A stretch of 64,000 nucleotides of DNA from the NCBI RefSeq assembly GCF_058153355.1, contig NZ_CM177019.1; one strand, 5' to 3'. Positions within the stretch are counted from its first letter, which is position 1; the number at the start of each line of letters is the position of its first letter. The position numbers and the translations under genes are program-made. Positions 49,606 to 63,714 of the stretch are shown piece after piece. Under the pieces are notes generated by a model. The model saw only the letters and a program-made list of their open reading frames with translations, had not been told where the DNA came from and ran no database searches.

Positions 49606-52362
49606 TTACCCAAGAATTTTGCTGGCTTCGCGCGCTACATTATCCATCTCGTCCAACAGTTCCAGCAGCTCCGGCTCCAAATCTTCTTCTTTAGTACCGC
49701 TGCGTAGCTGTTGTTCGATCAGTTGGCAGAGATTCTTCATACGCGGCACACCGCTATAGCCGCAACTGCCATGCAGTTTATGAATCAAATCAACCAGGCC
49801 TTCCGGGTTTTCTCCAACCAGCTGTTCCTCAACTTTGTTGCGAACTTCAGGCAGGAAATCGAGTAACATTTGCAGCATATCGCGCGCTAAATCGGTTTTT
49901 CCTGCTGCCTGGCGTAGTGCCAGTTGCCAGTCGAGGGTCGCATTCGGGTTCACCACAATTTCATTGACTTCGGGGGTCACGACGCGAGAGGAAATACCGC
50001 TGCCAGGCTTGTAGCGCAACAGCAAATTATGCAATCGTTCTTCTTCAATCGGTTTCGCCAGATAATCGCTCATCCCTGCGCCAAGCAGCTTCTCTTTTTG
50101 CCCGGCCATTGCATGCGCCGTTACCGCGATAACCGGCGTTTGTTGCTGATGGGGGAGCTGGTGGATGAGTTCGCAGGCCCGAATACCGTCCATGTCCGGC
50201 ATTTGAATATCCATTAAGATCAAATCGAACGGCATCTGTTTCGCCCGTTCAACCGCCTGATGCCCGCTATCGCAAAGTTCCACATGTTGCACCATATCTT
50301 CCAGCAATGCGCCGATAAGTTTCAGGTTAGCGGGGTTGTCATCAATCGCCATGACTGTCATTGCCAGCTTACTTTCATCGGTTACAGGCAAAAGCGTGTT
50401 TTGTTTGTGATGACAAAATTCCGTCAGGGCAGGGAACAGGCGCGTAGGTGTTAATGGTTTCAGCAGACACGCGCCGATACCATCTTGCTTAAGTTTTTCA
50501 GCATTGACTTGTGCATGGCAAGGAAGTGCCAGCATCAGAAAATCGGTCATCGATACCGCTTTCGCTAATCGCTCATGTTGCATTGTTAGCGGCTCGCGGA
50601 AGGTCACCGCAATGCCTAATAACATCATGTCGTAATGCGCGGGAGGCAGCGCGGAGAACGTTGGGCTATAAACCACTTCCAGCGGCGTTTCACTTAAAAT
50701 ATCCAGCGTGCATTGCGCTGCTGCGGAGTTTGGTTCGACATAGGCCAGGCGCTTGCCGGCGAGGCACTGGGTGGATGGCCCTTCGATAATAATGTTCGGA
50801 TTCAGATCGAGATTAATGTGGAACCAGAAAGTTGAACCGCGATTCGGCTGGCTATGGAACGAAATATCGCCGCCCATTTCATTAACCAGTTTTTGTGTAA
50901 TCACCAGCCCCAGCCCGGTGCCACCATGACGGCGGGAAATACTGGCATCAGCCTGTCGGAAGGCCTGGAATAAGCGCGATTGATCGCGTTCAGGAATACC
51001 AATGCCGGTATCCCGAATCTGCACTTCAATCTGCACTTTGGTATTACTCAGCGCACGTTTTTCTACCAGAATATCAATGTTGCCATTCTCGGTGAATTTA
51101 ATTGCATTCCCTACCAGGTTAGTGATGATTTGCTGTAATCGCAGTGGGTCGCCAATTACGTTATCGGGCACGTCGCTCTTAATATTGAGCGTCAGTTCCA
51201 GCCCTTTATCGTGAGAAGAATGTGCCAGCAGGGTAACGACTTCATCCAGCGTGCTGCGTAGTGGGAATGGAATACTTTCCAGAATCAGCTTACCTGCTTC
51301 CAGTTTCGAGAAGTCGAGAACATCATTAATAATTGCCAGCAAATTATTTGCCGAACGTTCAATCGTATTCAGGTGGTCGCGCTGCGTTGGCGTTAATTCT
51401 GTTTTCAGCGTCAGGCGGGTAAAGCCAATAACGCCATTGAGCGGAGTTCGCAGCTCGTGGGACATATTTGCCAGAAACTCAGACTTAATCCGCGCCGCTT
51501 CCTGGGCACGTTTTTTCGCCAGATCCAACTCAACGTTCTGAATTTCCATCTGCTCCAGCGTTTCACGCAGATCGGACGTCGCCTGGTCGATATTGTGTTG
51601 CATCTCTTCGTGATAAGCAGCCAGCGACATTGCCATCGAGTTGATGCCATTTTTCAGCATATCCAGCTCGCCGAGCATAAATCCTTCCACTCGGCTGTCG
51701 AGTTGTCCGCGACGGATACGGTCGACGGTATTTACCATGTTGCGAATTGGACCGGTTACATCACGCATGAGTCGCCAGCCAAAAATAAGCGCAATACCGA
51801 TACAAAACAGCATCATCACGCTGGAAATAAAGATCTCTTTATATTGCTGCAAGCGAACCGATTTAAGATCCAGCTCAAGCGCAATATATCCCAACATATT
51901 TTGACTATTTTTGGCATCGCTACTGGGCGATTCGTCGGGGGAGTAACTCTCAGAAATAATCGGCGTGCGGAGGATCATAATATCGCCGTCACGAGTGACA
52001 GTGAGCTGGCGAGGAAACGGCACGTTGCTGCCGAGCTGCATTGATGAGGGATCAAGATGAAAATTGGAGGTGACAAAGAGTCGGTTATTTTCATCATAAA
52101 CCGAAATCGCGCGAACAATATCGGAATGGCGACGATGCAGCACGCTTATTAACTGACCGATAGATTCGCGATTTTGCAGGCTCATGCCATATTCAGTAGA
52201 AACTGCAAGCGGCTCAATAATGCTGGCTCCGGCATCTTCCAGTTGACGCTGCAAGTCGTTATAGCGATGCACAACGAAAAAGATACTCAGCAATAAACCA
52301 ATAAGGACGGTCGGTGCCAGGATCAGAATCATCATGCGTGCGCGCAGGCTGTAGTTGGTCAT
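49606..52362 (-). CDS. barA: Hybrid sensor histidine kinase BarA (HAMP, HisKA, HATPase, receiver, HPt)
   Basis: 918 aa; H-box SHELRTPLN; receiver and HPt domains. Confidence 0.95.
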   Translation of the reverse strand: MTNYSLRARMMILILAPTVLIGLLLSIFFVVHRYNDLQRQLEDAGASIIEPLAVSTEYGMSLQNRESIGQLISVLHRRHSDIVRAISVYDENNRLFVTSNFHLDPSSMQLGSNVPFPRQLTVTRDGDIMILRTPIISESYSPDESPSSDAKNSQNMLGYIALELDLKSVRLQQYKEIFISSVMMLFCIGIALIFGWRLMRDVTGPIRNMVNTVDRIRRGQLDSRVEGFMLGELDMLKNGINSMAMSLAAYHEEMQHNIDQATSDLRETLEQMEIQNVELDLAKKRAQEAARIKSEFLANMSHELRTPLNGVIGFTRLTLKTELTPTQRDHLNTIERSANNLLAIINDVLDFSKLEAGKLILESIPFPLRSTLDEVVTLLAHSSHDKGLELTLNIKSDVPDNVIGDPLRLQQIITNLVGNAIKFTENGNIDILVEKRALSNTKVQIEVQIRDTGIGIPERDQSRLFQAFRQADASISRRHGGTGLGLVITQKLVNEMGGDISFHSQPNRGSTFWFHINLDLNPNIIIEGPSTQCLAGKRLAYVEPNSAAAQCTLDILSETPLEVVYSPTFSALPPAHYDMMLLGIAVTFREPLTMQHERLAKAVSMTDFLMLALPCHAQVNAEKLKQDGIGACLLKPLTPTRLFPALTEFCHHKQNTLLPVTDESKLAMTVMAIDDNPANLKLIGALLEDMVQHVELCDSGHQAVERAKQMPFDLILMDIQMPDMDGIRACELIHQLPHQQQTPVIAVTAHAMAGQKEKLLGAGMSDYLAKPIEEERLHNLLLRYKPGSGISSRVVTPEVNEIVVNPNATLDWQLALRQAAGKTDLARDMLQMLLDFLPEVRNKVEEQLVGENPEGLVDLIHKLHGSCGYSGVPRMKNLCQLIEQQLRSGTKEEDLEPELLELLDEMDNVAREASKILG

Positions 52363-52418
52363 GGAGTTCCGTTATGGGACAATTAAGGTCACACTGTTAA
52401 ATTGAGAAAGTCTCGCCA

Positions 52419-53720
52419 ATGGCGCAATTCTACTCTGCAAAACGACGCACGACGACGCGTCAGATCATAACTGTTTCAGTCAACGACCTCGACTCTTTTG
52501 GTCAGGGCGTGGCACGACATAACGGCAAAGCGTTATTTATTCCTGGATTATTGCCACAGGAAAACGCGGAAGTTACTGTTACTGAAGATAAAAAACAGTA
52601 CGCCCGCGCTAAAGTCGTGCGCCGGTTAAGCGATAGCCCGGAACGCGAAACGCCACGCTGCCCTCATTTTGGCGTATGCGGTGGCTGTCAGCAACAACAC
52701 GCCAGCGAGGATTTACAGCAGCGAAGCAAAAGTGCGGCACTCGCCCGATTAATGAAACACGAAGTCTCTGAAGTGATCGCCGATGTTCCCTGGGGCTATC
52801 GCCGTCGCGCGCGTTTAAGTTTGAACTACTTACCGAAAACACAGCAACTTCAGATGGGGTTTCGCAAAGCTGGCTCCAGTGACATTGTCGACGTTAAACA
52901 ATGCCCCATTTTAGTGCCCCAACTTGAAGCATTGCTGCCCAAAGTCAGGGCATGCCTGGGCAGCTTACAAGCTATGCGCCATCTTGGTCATGTTGAACTG
53001 GTACAAGCAACCAGCGGTACGCTGATGATTTTGCGCCATACCGCACCGCTAAGTTCGGCAGATCGCGAAAAACTGGAACGCTTTTCGCATTCTGAAGGCC
53101 TGGATCTGTATCTCGCCCCCGATAGTGAGATACTCGAAACCGTCTCTGGTGAGATGCCCTGGTATGACTCAAACGGGTTGCGCTTAACTTTTAGCCCGCG
53201 CGATTTTATTCAGGTCAATGCGGGTGTGAACCAAAAAATGGTAGCGCGTGCGTTGGAATGGCTGGATGTACAACCTGAAGATCGCGTACTGGATCTGTTC
53301 TGCGGTATGGGCAACTTTACACTGCCATTGGCGACACAAGCTGCCAGTGTGGTGGGTGTAGAAGGCGTTCCGGCGCTGGTTGAAAAAGGCCAGCAGAATG
53401 CGCGTCTTAATGGCTTACACAATGTGACGTTTTATCACGAAAATCTTGAAGAAGATGTCACAAAGCAGCCGTGGGCGAAAAACGGCTTCGATAAAGTGTT
53501 GCTGGACCCGGCGCGAGCAGGTGCCGCAGGTGTTATGCAGCAAATTATAAAACTGGAACCTATTCGTATAGTTTATGTATCCTGTAATCCTGCAACGCTG
53601 GCTCGGGATAGCGAAGCGTTATTAAAAGCAGGATATACCATTGCGCGACTGGCGATGCTGGATATGTTCCCACACACGGGACATCTGGAATCGATGGTAC
53701 TTTTCTCGCGCGTTAAATAG
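52419..53720 (+). CDS. rlmD: 23S rRNA (uracil1939-C5)-methyltransferase RlmD
   Basis: 433 aa; TRAM domain, Fe-S cysteines and SAM-dependent methyltransferase fold. Confidence 0.93.
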   Translation: MAQFYSAKRRTTTRQIITVSVNDLDSFGQGVARHNGKALFIPGLLPQENAEVTVTEDKKQYARAKVVRRLSDSPERETPRCPHFGVCGGCQQQHASEDLQQRSKSAALARLMKHEVSEVIADVPWGYRRRARLSLNYLPKTQQLQMGFRKAGSSDIVDVKQCPILVPQLEALLPKVRACLGSLQAMRHLGHVELVQATSGTLMILRHTAPLSSADREKLERFSHSEGLDLYLAPDSEILETVSGEMPWYDSNGLRLTFSPRDFIQVNAGVNQKMVARALEWLDVQPEDRVLDLFCGMGNFTLPLATQAASVVGVEGVPALVEKGQQNARLNGLHNVTFYHENLEEDVTKQPWAKNGFDKVLLDPARAGAAGVMQQIIKLEPIRIVYVSCNPATLARDSEALLKAGYTIARLAMLDMFPHTGHLESMVLFSRVK

Positions 53721-53767
53721 TTACGATTTGCCGATTTCGGCAGGTCTGGTCCCTAAAGGAGAGGACG

Positions 53768-56002
53768 ATGGTTGCGGTAAGAAGTGCACATATCAATAAG
53801 GCTGGTGAATTTGATCCGGAAAAATGGATCGCAAGTCTGGGTATTACCAGCCAGAAGTCGTGTGAGTGCTTAGCCGAAACCTGGGCGTATTGTCTGCAAC
53901 AGACGCAGGGGCATCCGGATGCCAGTCTGTTATTGTGGCGTGGTGTTGAGATGGTGGAGATCCTCTCGACATTAAGTATGGACATTGACACGCTGCGGGC
54001 GGCGCTGCTGTTCCCTCTGGCGGATGCCAACGTAGTTAGCGAAGATGTGCTGCGTGAGAGCGTCGGTAAGTCGGTCGTTAACCTTATTCACGGCGTGCGT
54101 GATATGGCGGCGATCCGCCAGCTGAAAGCGACGCATACTGATTCTGTTTCCTCCGAACAGGTCGATAACGTTCGCCGGATGTTATTGGCGATGGTCGATG
54201 ATTTCCGCTGCGTGGTCATCAAACTGGCAGAGCGTATTGCTCATCTGCGCGAAGTAAAAGACGCGCCGGAAGATGAGCGCGTACTGGCGGCAAAAGAGTG
54301 CACCAATATCTACGCGCCGTTGGCGAACCGTCTTGGGATTGGGCAACTGAAATGGGAGCTGGAAGATTACTGCTTCCGTTATCTCCACCCGACCGAATAC
54401 AAACGCATCGCAAAACTGCTGCATGAACGCCGTCTCGATCGCGAACACTATATCGAAGAGTTTGTCGGCCATCTGCGCGCTGAGATGAAAGCTGAAGGCG
54501 TTAAAGCTGAAGTGTATGGCCGTCCGAAACACATCTACAGTATCTGGCGCAAAATGCAGAAAAAGAACCTCGCCTTCGATGAGCTGTTTGATGTGCGTGC
54601 GGTACGTATTGTCGCCGAGCGTTTACAGGATTGTTATGCCGCACTGGGGATAGTGCACACTCACTATCGCCACCTGCCGGATGAGTTCGATGATTACGTT
54701 GCGAACCCGAAACCGAACGGTTATCAGTCTATTCATACTGTGGTGCTGGGGCCGGGCGGTAAAACCGTTGAAATCCAAATCCGCACCAAACAGATGCATG
54801 AAGATGCAGAGTTAGGTGTTGCTGCGCACTGGAAATATAAAGAAGGCGCGGCAGCTGGCGGTGCACGTTCGGGACATGAAGACCGAATTGCCTGGCTGCG
54901 TAAACTGATTGCGTGGCAGGAAGAGATGGCTGATTCCGGCGAAATGCTCGACGAAGTACGCAGCCAGGTCTTTGACGACCGGGTGTATGTATTTACGCCG
55001 AAAGGTGATGTCGTTGATTTGCCTGCGGGATCAACGCCGCTGGACTTCGCTTACCACATCCACAGTGATGTCGGACACCGCTGCATCGGGGCAAAAATAG
55101 GCGGGCGCATTGTGCCGTTCACCTACCAGTTGCAGATGGGCGACCAGATTGAAATTATCACCCAGAAACAGCCGAACCCCAGCCGTGACTGGTTAAACCC
55201 AAACCTCGGTTACGTCACAACCAGCCGTGGGCGTTCGAAAATTCACGCCTGGTTCCGTAAACAGGACCGTGACAAAAACATTCTGGCAGGGCGGCAAATC
55301 CTTGACGACGAGCTGGAACATCTGGGGATCAGCCTGAAAGAAGCAGAAAAACATCTGCTGCCGCGTTACAACTTCAATGATGTCGACGAGTTGTTGGCAG
55401 CGATTGGTGGCGGGGATATCCGTCTCAATCAGATGGTGAACTTCCTGCAATCACAATTTAATAAACCGAGTGCCGAAGAGCAGGATGCCGCCGCGCTGAA
55501 GCAACTTCAGCAAAAAAGCTATACGCCACAAAACCGCAGTAAAGATAACGGTCGGGTGGTGGTTGAAGGTGTCGGCAACCTGATGCACCACATCGCGCGT
55601 TGCTGCCAGCCGATTCCTGGAGATGAGATTGTCGGCTTCATTACCCAGGGGCGCGGTATTTCAGTACACCGCGCCGATTGCGAACAATTGGCGGAACTGC
55701 GCTCCCATGCGCCAGAACGCATTGTTGACGCGGTATGGGGCGAGAGCTACTCCGCCGGATATTCGCTGGTGGTCCGCGTGGTGGCTAATGATCGTAGTGG
55801 GTTGTTACGTGATATCACGACCATTCTCGCCAACGAGAAAGTGAACGTGCTTGGCGTTGCCAGCCGTAGCGACACCAAACAGCAACTGGCGACCATCGAC
55901 ATGACCATTGAGATTTACAACCTGCAAGTGCTGGGCCGCGTGCTGGGTAAACTCAACCAGGTGCCGGATGTTATCGACGCGCGTCGGTTGCACGGGAGTT
56001 AG
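53768..56002 (+). CDS. relA: GTP pyrophosphokinase ((p)ppGpp synthetase I) RelA
   Basis: 744 aa. Confidence 0.95.
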   Translation: MVAVRSAHINKAGEFDPEKWIASLGITSQKSCECLAETWAYCLQQTQGHPDASLLLWRGVEMVEILSTLSMDIDTLRAALLFPLADANVVSEDVLRESVGKSVVNLIHGVRDMAAIRQLKATHTDSVSSEQVDNVRRMLLAMVDDFRCVVIKLAERIAHLREVKDAPEDERVLAAKECTNIYAPLANRLGIGQLKWELEDYCFRYLHPTEYKRIAKLLHERRLDREHYIEEFVGHLRAEMKAEGVKAEVYGRPKHIYSIWRKMQKKNLAFDELFDVRAVRIVAERLQDCYAALGIVHTHYRHLPDEFDDYVANPKPNGYQSIHTVVLGPGGKTVEIQIRTKQMHEDAELGVAAHWKYKEGAAAGGARSGHEDRIAWLRKLIAWQEEMADSGEMLDEVRSQVFDDRVYVFTPKGDVVDLPAGSTPLDFAYHIHSDVGHRCIGAKIGGRIVPFTYQLQMGDQIEIITQKQPNPSRDWLNPNLGYVTTSRGRSKIHAWFRKQDRDKNILAGRQILDDELEHLGISLKEAEKHLLPRYNFNDVDELLAAIGGGDIRLNQMVNFLQSQFNKPSAEEQDAAALKQLQQKSYTPQNRSKDNGRVVVEGVGNLMHHIARCCQPIPGDEIVGFITQGRGISVHRADCEQLAELRSHAPERIVDAVWGESYSAGYSLVVRVVANDRSGLLRDITTILANEKVNVLGVASRSDTKQQLATIDMTIEIYNLQVLGRVLGKLNQVPDVIDARRLHGS

Positions 56003-56097
56003 TCTTACATAGCTGGATATGGCGTCAGCCGTATCCAGCGATATCTTTTACTCGAAGGTATTACACCTGACAGACCCGCAATTTTCAGGACATTCTA

Positions 56098-56889
56098 ATG
56101 AATCAAATCGACCGTTTGCTCACTATTATGCAGCGTCTTCGCGACCCGGAAAACGGCTGCCCGTGGGATAAAGAGCAGACATTTGCCACCATTGCACCTT
56201 ACACCCTTGAAGAAACCTACGAAGTGCTGGACGCCATCGCCCGTGAAGATTTTGACGATCTGCGCGGTGAGCTCGGCGATCTATTGTTTCAGGTGGTGTT
56301 TTACGCGCAAATGGCTCAGGAAGAAGGGCGCTTTGATTTTAATGATATCTGCGCCGCGATTAGCGATAAGCTAGAACGTCGCCATCCACATGTTTTTGCA
56401 GGCAGTTCTGCCGAAAACAGTAATGAAGTGCTTGCCCGTTGGGAGCAAATCAAAACCGAAGAGCGCGCGCAGAAAGCGCAGCATTCGGCGCTGGACGATA
56501 TTCCTCGTAGTTTACCGGCTTTAATGCGTGCGCAAAAAATCCAGAAACGTTGCGCCAACGTTGGCTTCGATTGGACGACGCTTGGTCCGGTAGTCGATAA
56601 AGTCTACGAAGAGATCGACGAGGTGATGTACGAGGCGCGGCAGGCTGTTGTCGACCAGGCTAAACTGGAGGAGGAAATGGGTGACCTGCTGTTTGCCACG
56701 GTCAACATGGCCCGCCATTTAGGGACAAAAGCAGAGATTGCACTACAAAAAGCCAATGAAAAATTCGAGCGCCGTTTTCGCGAAGTGGAGCGTATTGTTG
56801 CCGCGCGTGGACTGGAAATGACAGGTGTTGACCTCGAAACAATGGAAGAAGTCTGGCAACAGGTAAAACGGCAGGAAATTGATCTCTAA
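56098..56889 (+). CDS. mazG: Nucleoside triphosphate pyrophosphohydrolase MazG
   Basis: 263 aa from MNQIDRLLTIMQRLRDPENGCPWD; starts only 95 bp after the relA stop. Confidence 0.93.
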   Translation: MNQIDRLLTIMQRLRDPENGCPWDKEQTFATIAPYTLEETYEVLDAIAREDFDDLRGELGDLLFQVVFYAQMAQEEGRFDFNDICAAISDKLERRHPHVFAGSSAENSNEVLARWEQIKTEERAQKAQHSALDDIPRSLPALMRAQKIQKRCANVGFDWTTLGPVVDKVYEEIDEVMYEARQAVVDQAKLEEEMGDLLFATVNMARHLGTKAEIALQKANEKFERRFREVERIVAARGLEMTGVDLETMEEVWQQVKRQEIDL

Positions 56890-57101
56890 GGGAATTACGT
56901 GGTCAAGCGCGATTTGTGTCATTTTTTAAATGACAAGCGCTTGATTTGCGTCAAAAACATTTACCCCAAAGGGGCTATTTTCTCACTCCTGATTTCAATA
57001 GTGCGCTGGCGAAGAGGAGGGATAATGAAAGTTTGTGGCACAGGTCATGTTCGGGTATACTGCTTTCCCGTCCTGGTTATTCCATCGTCTTTTCAACCTA
57101 A

Positions 57102-58754
<1,653 letters not shown>

Positions 58755-58826
58755 GTAAAAAAGTTAGAACGGCAACGCGTACCCAGGGTACGCGTTGTTT
58801 GTCTGGAGTTTCAGTTTAACTAGTGA

Positions 58827-60140
<1,314 letters not shown>

Positions 60141-60181
60141 GTCTGACTTTATCTGATTTAAAAATGCCAGCCTTCGGGCTG

Positions 60182-61607
60182 TAATGCCGATCAGTTAAGG
60201 ATCAGTTGACCGATCCAGTGGCTGTGTAAGAATCCGGAAACGCTCACTTGTTTCCGGATTTTTTTATGCACATTGGACAGGCTCTTGATCTGGTATCCCG
60301 TTACGATTCTCTGCGTAACCCACTGACTTCTCTGGGGGATTACCTCGACCCCGAACTCATCTCTCGTTGCCTTGCCGAATCAGGTACTGTAACGCTACGC
60401 AAGCGCCGTCTTCCCCTCGAAATGATGGTCTGGTGTATTGTTGGCATGGCGCTTGAGCGTAAAGAACCTCTTCACCAGATTGTGAATCGCCTGGACATCA
60501 TGCTGCCGGGCAATCGCCCCTTCGTTGCCCCCAGTGCCGTTATTCAGGCCCGCCAGCGCCTGGGAAGTGAGGCTGTCCGCCGCGTGTTCACGAAAACAGC
60601 GCAGCTCTGGCATAACGCCACGCCGCATCCGCACTGGTGCGGCCTGACCCTGCTGGCCATCGATGGTGTGTTCTGGCGCACACCGGATACACCAGAGAAC
60701 GATGCAGCCTTCCCCCGCCAGACACATGCCGGGAACCCGGCGCTCTACCCGCAGGTCAAAATGGTCTGCCAGATGGAACTGACCAGCCATCTGCTGACGG
60801 CTGCAGCCTTCGGCACGATGAAGAACAGCGAAAATGAGCTTGCTGAGCAACTTATAGAACAAACCGGCGATAACACTCTGACGTTAATGGATAAAGGTTA
60901 TTACTCACTGGGACTGTTAAATGCCTGGAGCCTGGCGGGAGAACACCGCCACTGGATGATACCTCTCAGAAAGGGAGCGCAATATGAAGAGATCAGAAAA
61001 CTGGGTAAAGGCGATCATCTGGTGAAGCTGAAAACCAGCCCGCAGGCACGAAAAAAGTGGCCGGGACTGGGAAATGAAGTGACAGCCCGCCTGCTGACCG
61101 TGACGCGCAAAGGAAAAGTCTGCCATCTGCTGACGTCGATGACGGACGCCATGCGCTTCCCCGGAGGAGAAATGGCGGATCTGTACAGTCATCGCTGGGA
61201 AATCGAACTGGGATACAGGGAGATAAAACAGACGATGCAACTGAGCAGGCTGACGCTGAGAAGTAAAAAGCCGGAGCTTGTGGAGCAAGAGCTGTGGGGT
61301 GTCTTACTGGCTTATAATCTGGTGAGATATCAGATGATTAAAATGGCGGAACATCTGAAAGGTTACTGGCCGAATCAACTGAGTTTCTCAGAATCATGCG
61401 GAATGGTGATGAGAATGCTGATGACATTGCAGGGCGCTTCACCGGGACGTATACCGGAGCTGATGCGCGATCTTGCAAGTATGGGACAACTTGTGAAATT
61501 ACCGACAAGAAGGGAAAGGGCCTTCCCGAGAGTGGTAAAGGAGAGGCCCTGGAAATACCCCACAGCCCCGAAAAAGAGCCAGTCAGTTGCTTAACTGACT
61601 GGCATTA
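60182..61607 (+). mobile_element. IS4 insertion sequence, complete (1426 bp) with terminal inverted repeats
   Basis: Left end taatgccgatcagttaagg and right end ccttaactgactggcatta are inverted repeats; flanked by direct repeats cagccttcgggctg at 60168-60181 and 61608-61621; joining the flanks gives aaaaatgccagccttcgggctggcatttttt. Confidence 0.9.
60266..61594 (+). CDS. insG: IS4 transposase (DDE family)
   Basis: 442 aa from [16 protein letters not shown]; enclosed by the IS4 terminal repeats. Confidence 0.9.
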   Translation: MHIGQALDLVSRYDSLRNPLTSLGDYLDPELISRCLAESGTVTLRKRRLPLEMMVWCIVGMALERKEPLHQIVNRLDIMLPGNRPFVAPSAVIQARQRLGSEAVRRVFTKTAQLWHNATPHPHWCGLTLLAIDGVFWRTPDTPENDAAFPRQTHAGNPALYPQVKMVCQMELTSHLLTAAAFGTMKNSENELAEQLIEQTGDNTLTLMDKGYYSLGLLNAWSLAGEHRHWMIPLRKGAQYEEIRKLGKGDHLVKLKTSPQARKKWPGLGNEVTARLLTVTRKGKVCHLLTSMTDAMRFPGGEMADLYSHRWEIELGYREIKQTMQLSRLTLRSKKPELVEQELWGVLLAYNLVRYQMIKMAEHLKGYWPNQLSFSESCGMVMRMLMTLQGASPGRIPELMRDLASMGQLVKLPTRRERAFPRVVKERPWKYPTAPKKSQSVA

Positions 61608-61639
61608 CAGCCTTCGGGCTGGCATTTTTTATGGCTGAG

Positions 61640-62545
61640 TTACCAGCGACCGGAAGCACCGCCACCGCCAGAAGAACCGCCACCTCCGCTAAATCCGCCG
61701 CCACTTGAGCCGCCACCGGAAGAGGATGAAGAAGAACCTTTTCTTGAAGCTCTTTCTTTACCGAGCGTCTTGTATTTGGCTCGTAGCTTTTTATTAACGA
61801 TAAGCCAAAAGATAAGCAGCGCTACGATCGCAAAAGGCGTTAACATACCGCAGGCAACGATTAAATTCGTCCATGGTCCTGGCTCGGCAACATAGAGGAA
61901 TACCATCCCGTAAATTGCGGCAGTGAGAGTTATCCAGGGTAGATTCGACGGATCGGTAAAAACAACAAAATATGAAAGCACTGCCAGCAATATAAGTACA
62001 GCAAGCGAAAATGGGATAGGGGGATTGATACTGTAATAATTCCCCCTGCCTTCCGGTAATTCACCATTCATCAGAAGTGCGCCGATATTTTCGCTTGCCA
62101 GTGTTAACCCCCCCATCAGGTCATCACTTTTGAAAGCAGGGATTAATATGTCACGGATAATCTTTGCCGCTTGCAGGTCGGTAACCACCCCTTCCAGCCC
62201 ATAGCCGACTTCTATACGAACAGCATGATCTTCCCAGGCAACCAGAAGTAAAATGCCATCGTTTCGCTGCTTATCTCCCAGTTTCCAGCTATCAAAAACG
62301 CGTGTTGCATATTGTTCAATAGAATCGTCTCCGGTGGATGGCACTATTAATACGGCGACCTGTGCCCGTGTTTTTTGTGTAATATCCTGCAGCTGTTGTG
62401 TCAGTGATTGTTGTTCAGACGTGCTTAAGGTACCAGTAATATCGGTCACCTGTTGGCGCAGCTCCGGCACAGCAATTTGCTGGGCAAGCACAGGAAGGCA
62501 CCATAAAGTGAGTAGAAAAAGGATTATACGCATAACGATCACCAA
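61640..62545 (-). CDS. TPM-domain (YgcG-like) membrane protein with a Gly/Ser-rich C-terminal tail
   Basis: 301 aa; signal peptide, TPM-type region (ILLLVAWEDHAVRIEVGYGLE), two or three TM helices, tail SSSSSSGGGSSGGGFSGGGGSSGGGGASGRW. Confidence 0.75.
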   Translation of the reverse strand: MVIVMRIILFLLTLWCLPVLAQQIAVPELRQQVTDITGTLSTSEQQSLTQQLQDITQKTRAQVAVLIVPSTGDDSIEQYATRVFDSWKLGDKQRNDGILLLVAWEDHAVRIEVGYGLEGVVTDLQAAKIIRDILIPAFKSDDLMGGLTLASENIGALLMNGELPEGRGNYYSINPPIPFSLAVLILLAVLSYFVVFTDPSNLPWITLTAAIYGMVFLYVAEPGPWTNLIVACGMLTPFAIVALLIFWLIVNKKLRAKYKTLGKERASRKGSSSSSSGGGSSGGGFSGGGGSSGGGGASGRW

Positions 62546-63687
62546 CGGCCGGATGAACTGCCGCCTCCTGAAGAACCGCCGCCACCGCGGAAAGAATTTT
62601 TCGACGAAGAGCGAGAATGAGCATTACGATTCCCCGTTTTCCTGTTGCTTTTATGTCCTGATCCCAGTTTAAGATTGCCAGTAAATTTGGCCACAATGAT
62701 CAGCAGAACGATGCCTGCAATGGTTATTGGGCCGATAAAATGATCAATTAGCCCAATAATTGTTGAGATGAATGCTATATCTTTATTACTGGCGAACACC
62801 AGGCACCATCCCACAACAATTATCAGCAGCACGACAAACAATGAGTTTCGTTCGGATTGAGAAAACTGCTGAGTCGTCTTTTGTTTTTTCACTTTAGCGT
62901 TTTTATTTTGGGGGGCCAGCATCATAGGAAATGCGCGGCATATATTAAAAACTACCGCGAGACGCTGCCAGCAGATTGCTGCGAAAAATAAACTAAAACA
63001 AACGACCGATACCCGCCGAATGATGACATCGTCCTGAAAGGAGAAAAACCAGACCATAGGAGTAATCATCGATATCATCCATATGCCAGGCCCGGGACGG
63101 CTGGTAAATCGCCAGAGGACAACGATGGCAACGATCATCAGTAATGTCCAGGCAAGACATGGCAGCGAGCGTTGCGGATTAGCAAACAGATGATTGGCTA
63201 AAGCATCCAAAGGGCTAAGGTTCGCTTTGATATGGGTAAACTGTGCGATGCTTTCAATTCCCTGCGTTAACCCGGAGAAGAGATTATTTTTTTTGAATTC
63301 CGGTTGCATATGGTAATGAACAATTTGCGCAGCTTGTTCCGGTGGCAGCATCTCTTCCAGTCCATGCCCAATCTTCATTGACGCCAGCCCTTCCGGCCAA
63401 ACGACGAGAATTAAGATACCTTCGCCGTACCGCTTCTCTCCAACAGGTTTCCAGTGATATATCCCGTAGCTTTGCGAGGCTGCAAGTTTAATGTCTTTAC
63501 CCCCAGTGGTCGGCGTTACCAACACGGCCACCTGAAAGTGGTTTTGCTGCTCGAGAGTCTGTAATTGTTGATTTAAAGCAGTTTGTTCTTCTGTCGTTAA
63601 TGTCCCGGTTAAGTCAGTTACTGAAGGCAATTGTTCAGCGAATGCCTGGAAACCACATAGCATCAGAAGTAAGAGAAAAATACGCAT
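62539..63687 (-). CDS. Paralogous TPM-domain polytopic membrane protein with a Gly/Ser-rich tail
   Basis: 382 aa; signal peptide, TPM-type region (ILILVVWPEGLASMKIGHGLE), several TM helices, tail GGGGSSGGGSSSGRW; stop overlaps the start of the downstream gene. Confidence 0.7.
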   Translation of the reverse strand: MRIFLLLLMLCGFQAFAEQLPSVTDLTGTLTTEEQTALNQQLQTLEQQNHFQVAVLVTPTTGGKDIKLAASQSYGIYHWKPVGEKRYGEGILILVVWPEGLASMKIGHGLEEMLPPEQAAQIVHYHMQPEFKKNNLFSGLTQGIESIAQFTHIKANLSPLDALANHLFANPQRSLPCLAWTLLMIVAIVVLWRFTSRPGPGIWMISMITPMVWFFSFQDDVIIRRVSVVCFSLFFAAICWQRLAVVFNICRAFPMMLAPQNKNAKVKKQKTTQQFSQSERNSLFVVLLIIVVGWCLVFASNKDIAFISTIIGLIDHFIGPITIAGIVLLIIVAKFTGNLKLGSGHKSNRKTGNRNAHSRSSSKNSFRGGGGSSGGGSSSGRW

Positions 63688-63714
63688 TTCAATTCCTTTT
63701 GTTACCAGCGCCCG

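Noticed and set aside
60395-61288. Minus-strand ORFs of 155 and 123 aa inside the IS4 transposase gene
   Set aside because: IS4 encodes a single transposase on the plus strand; these are antisense frames.
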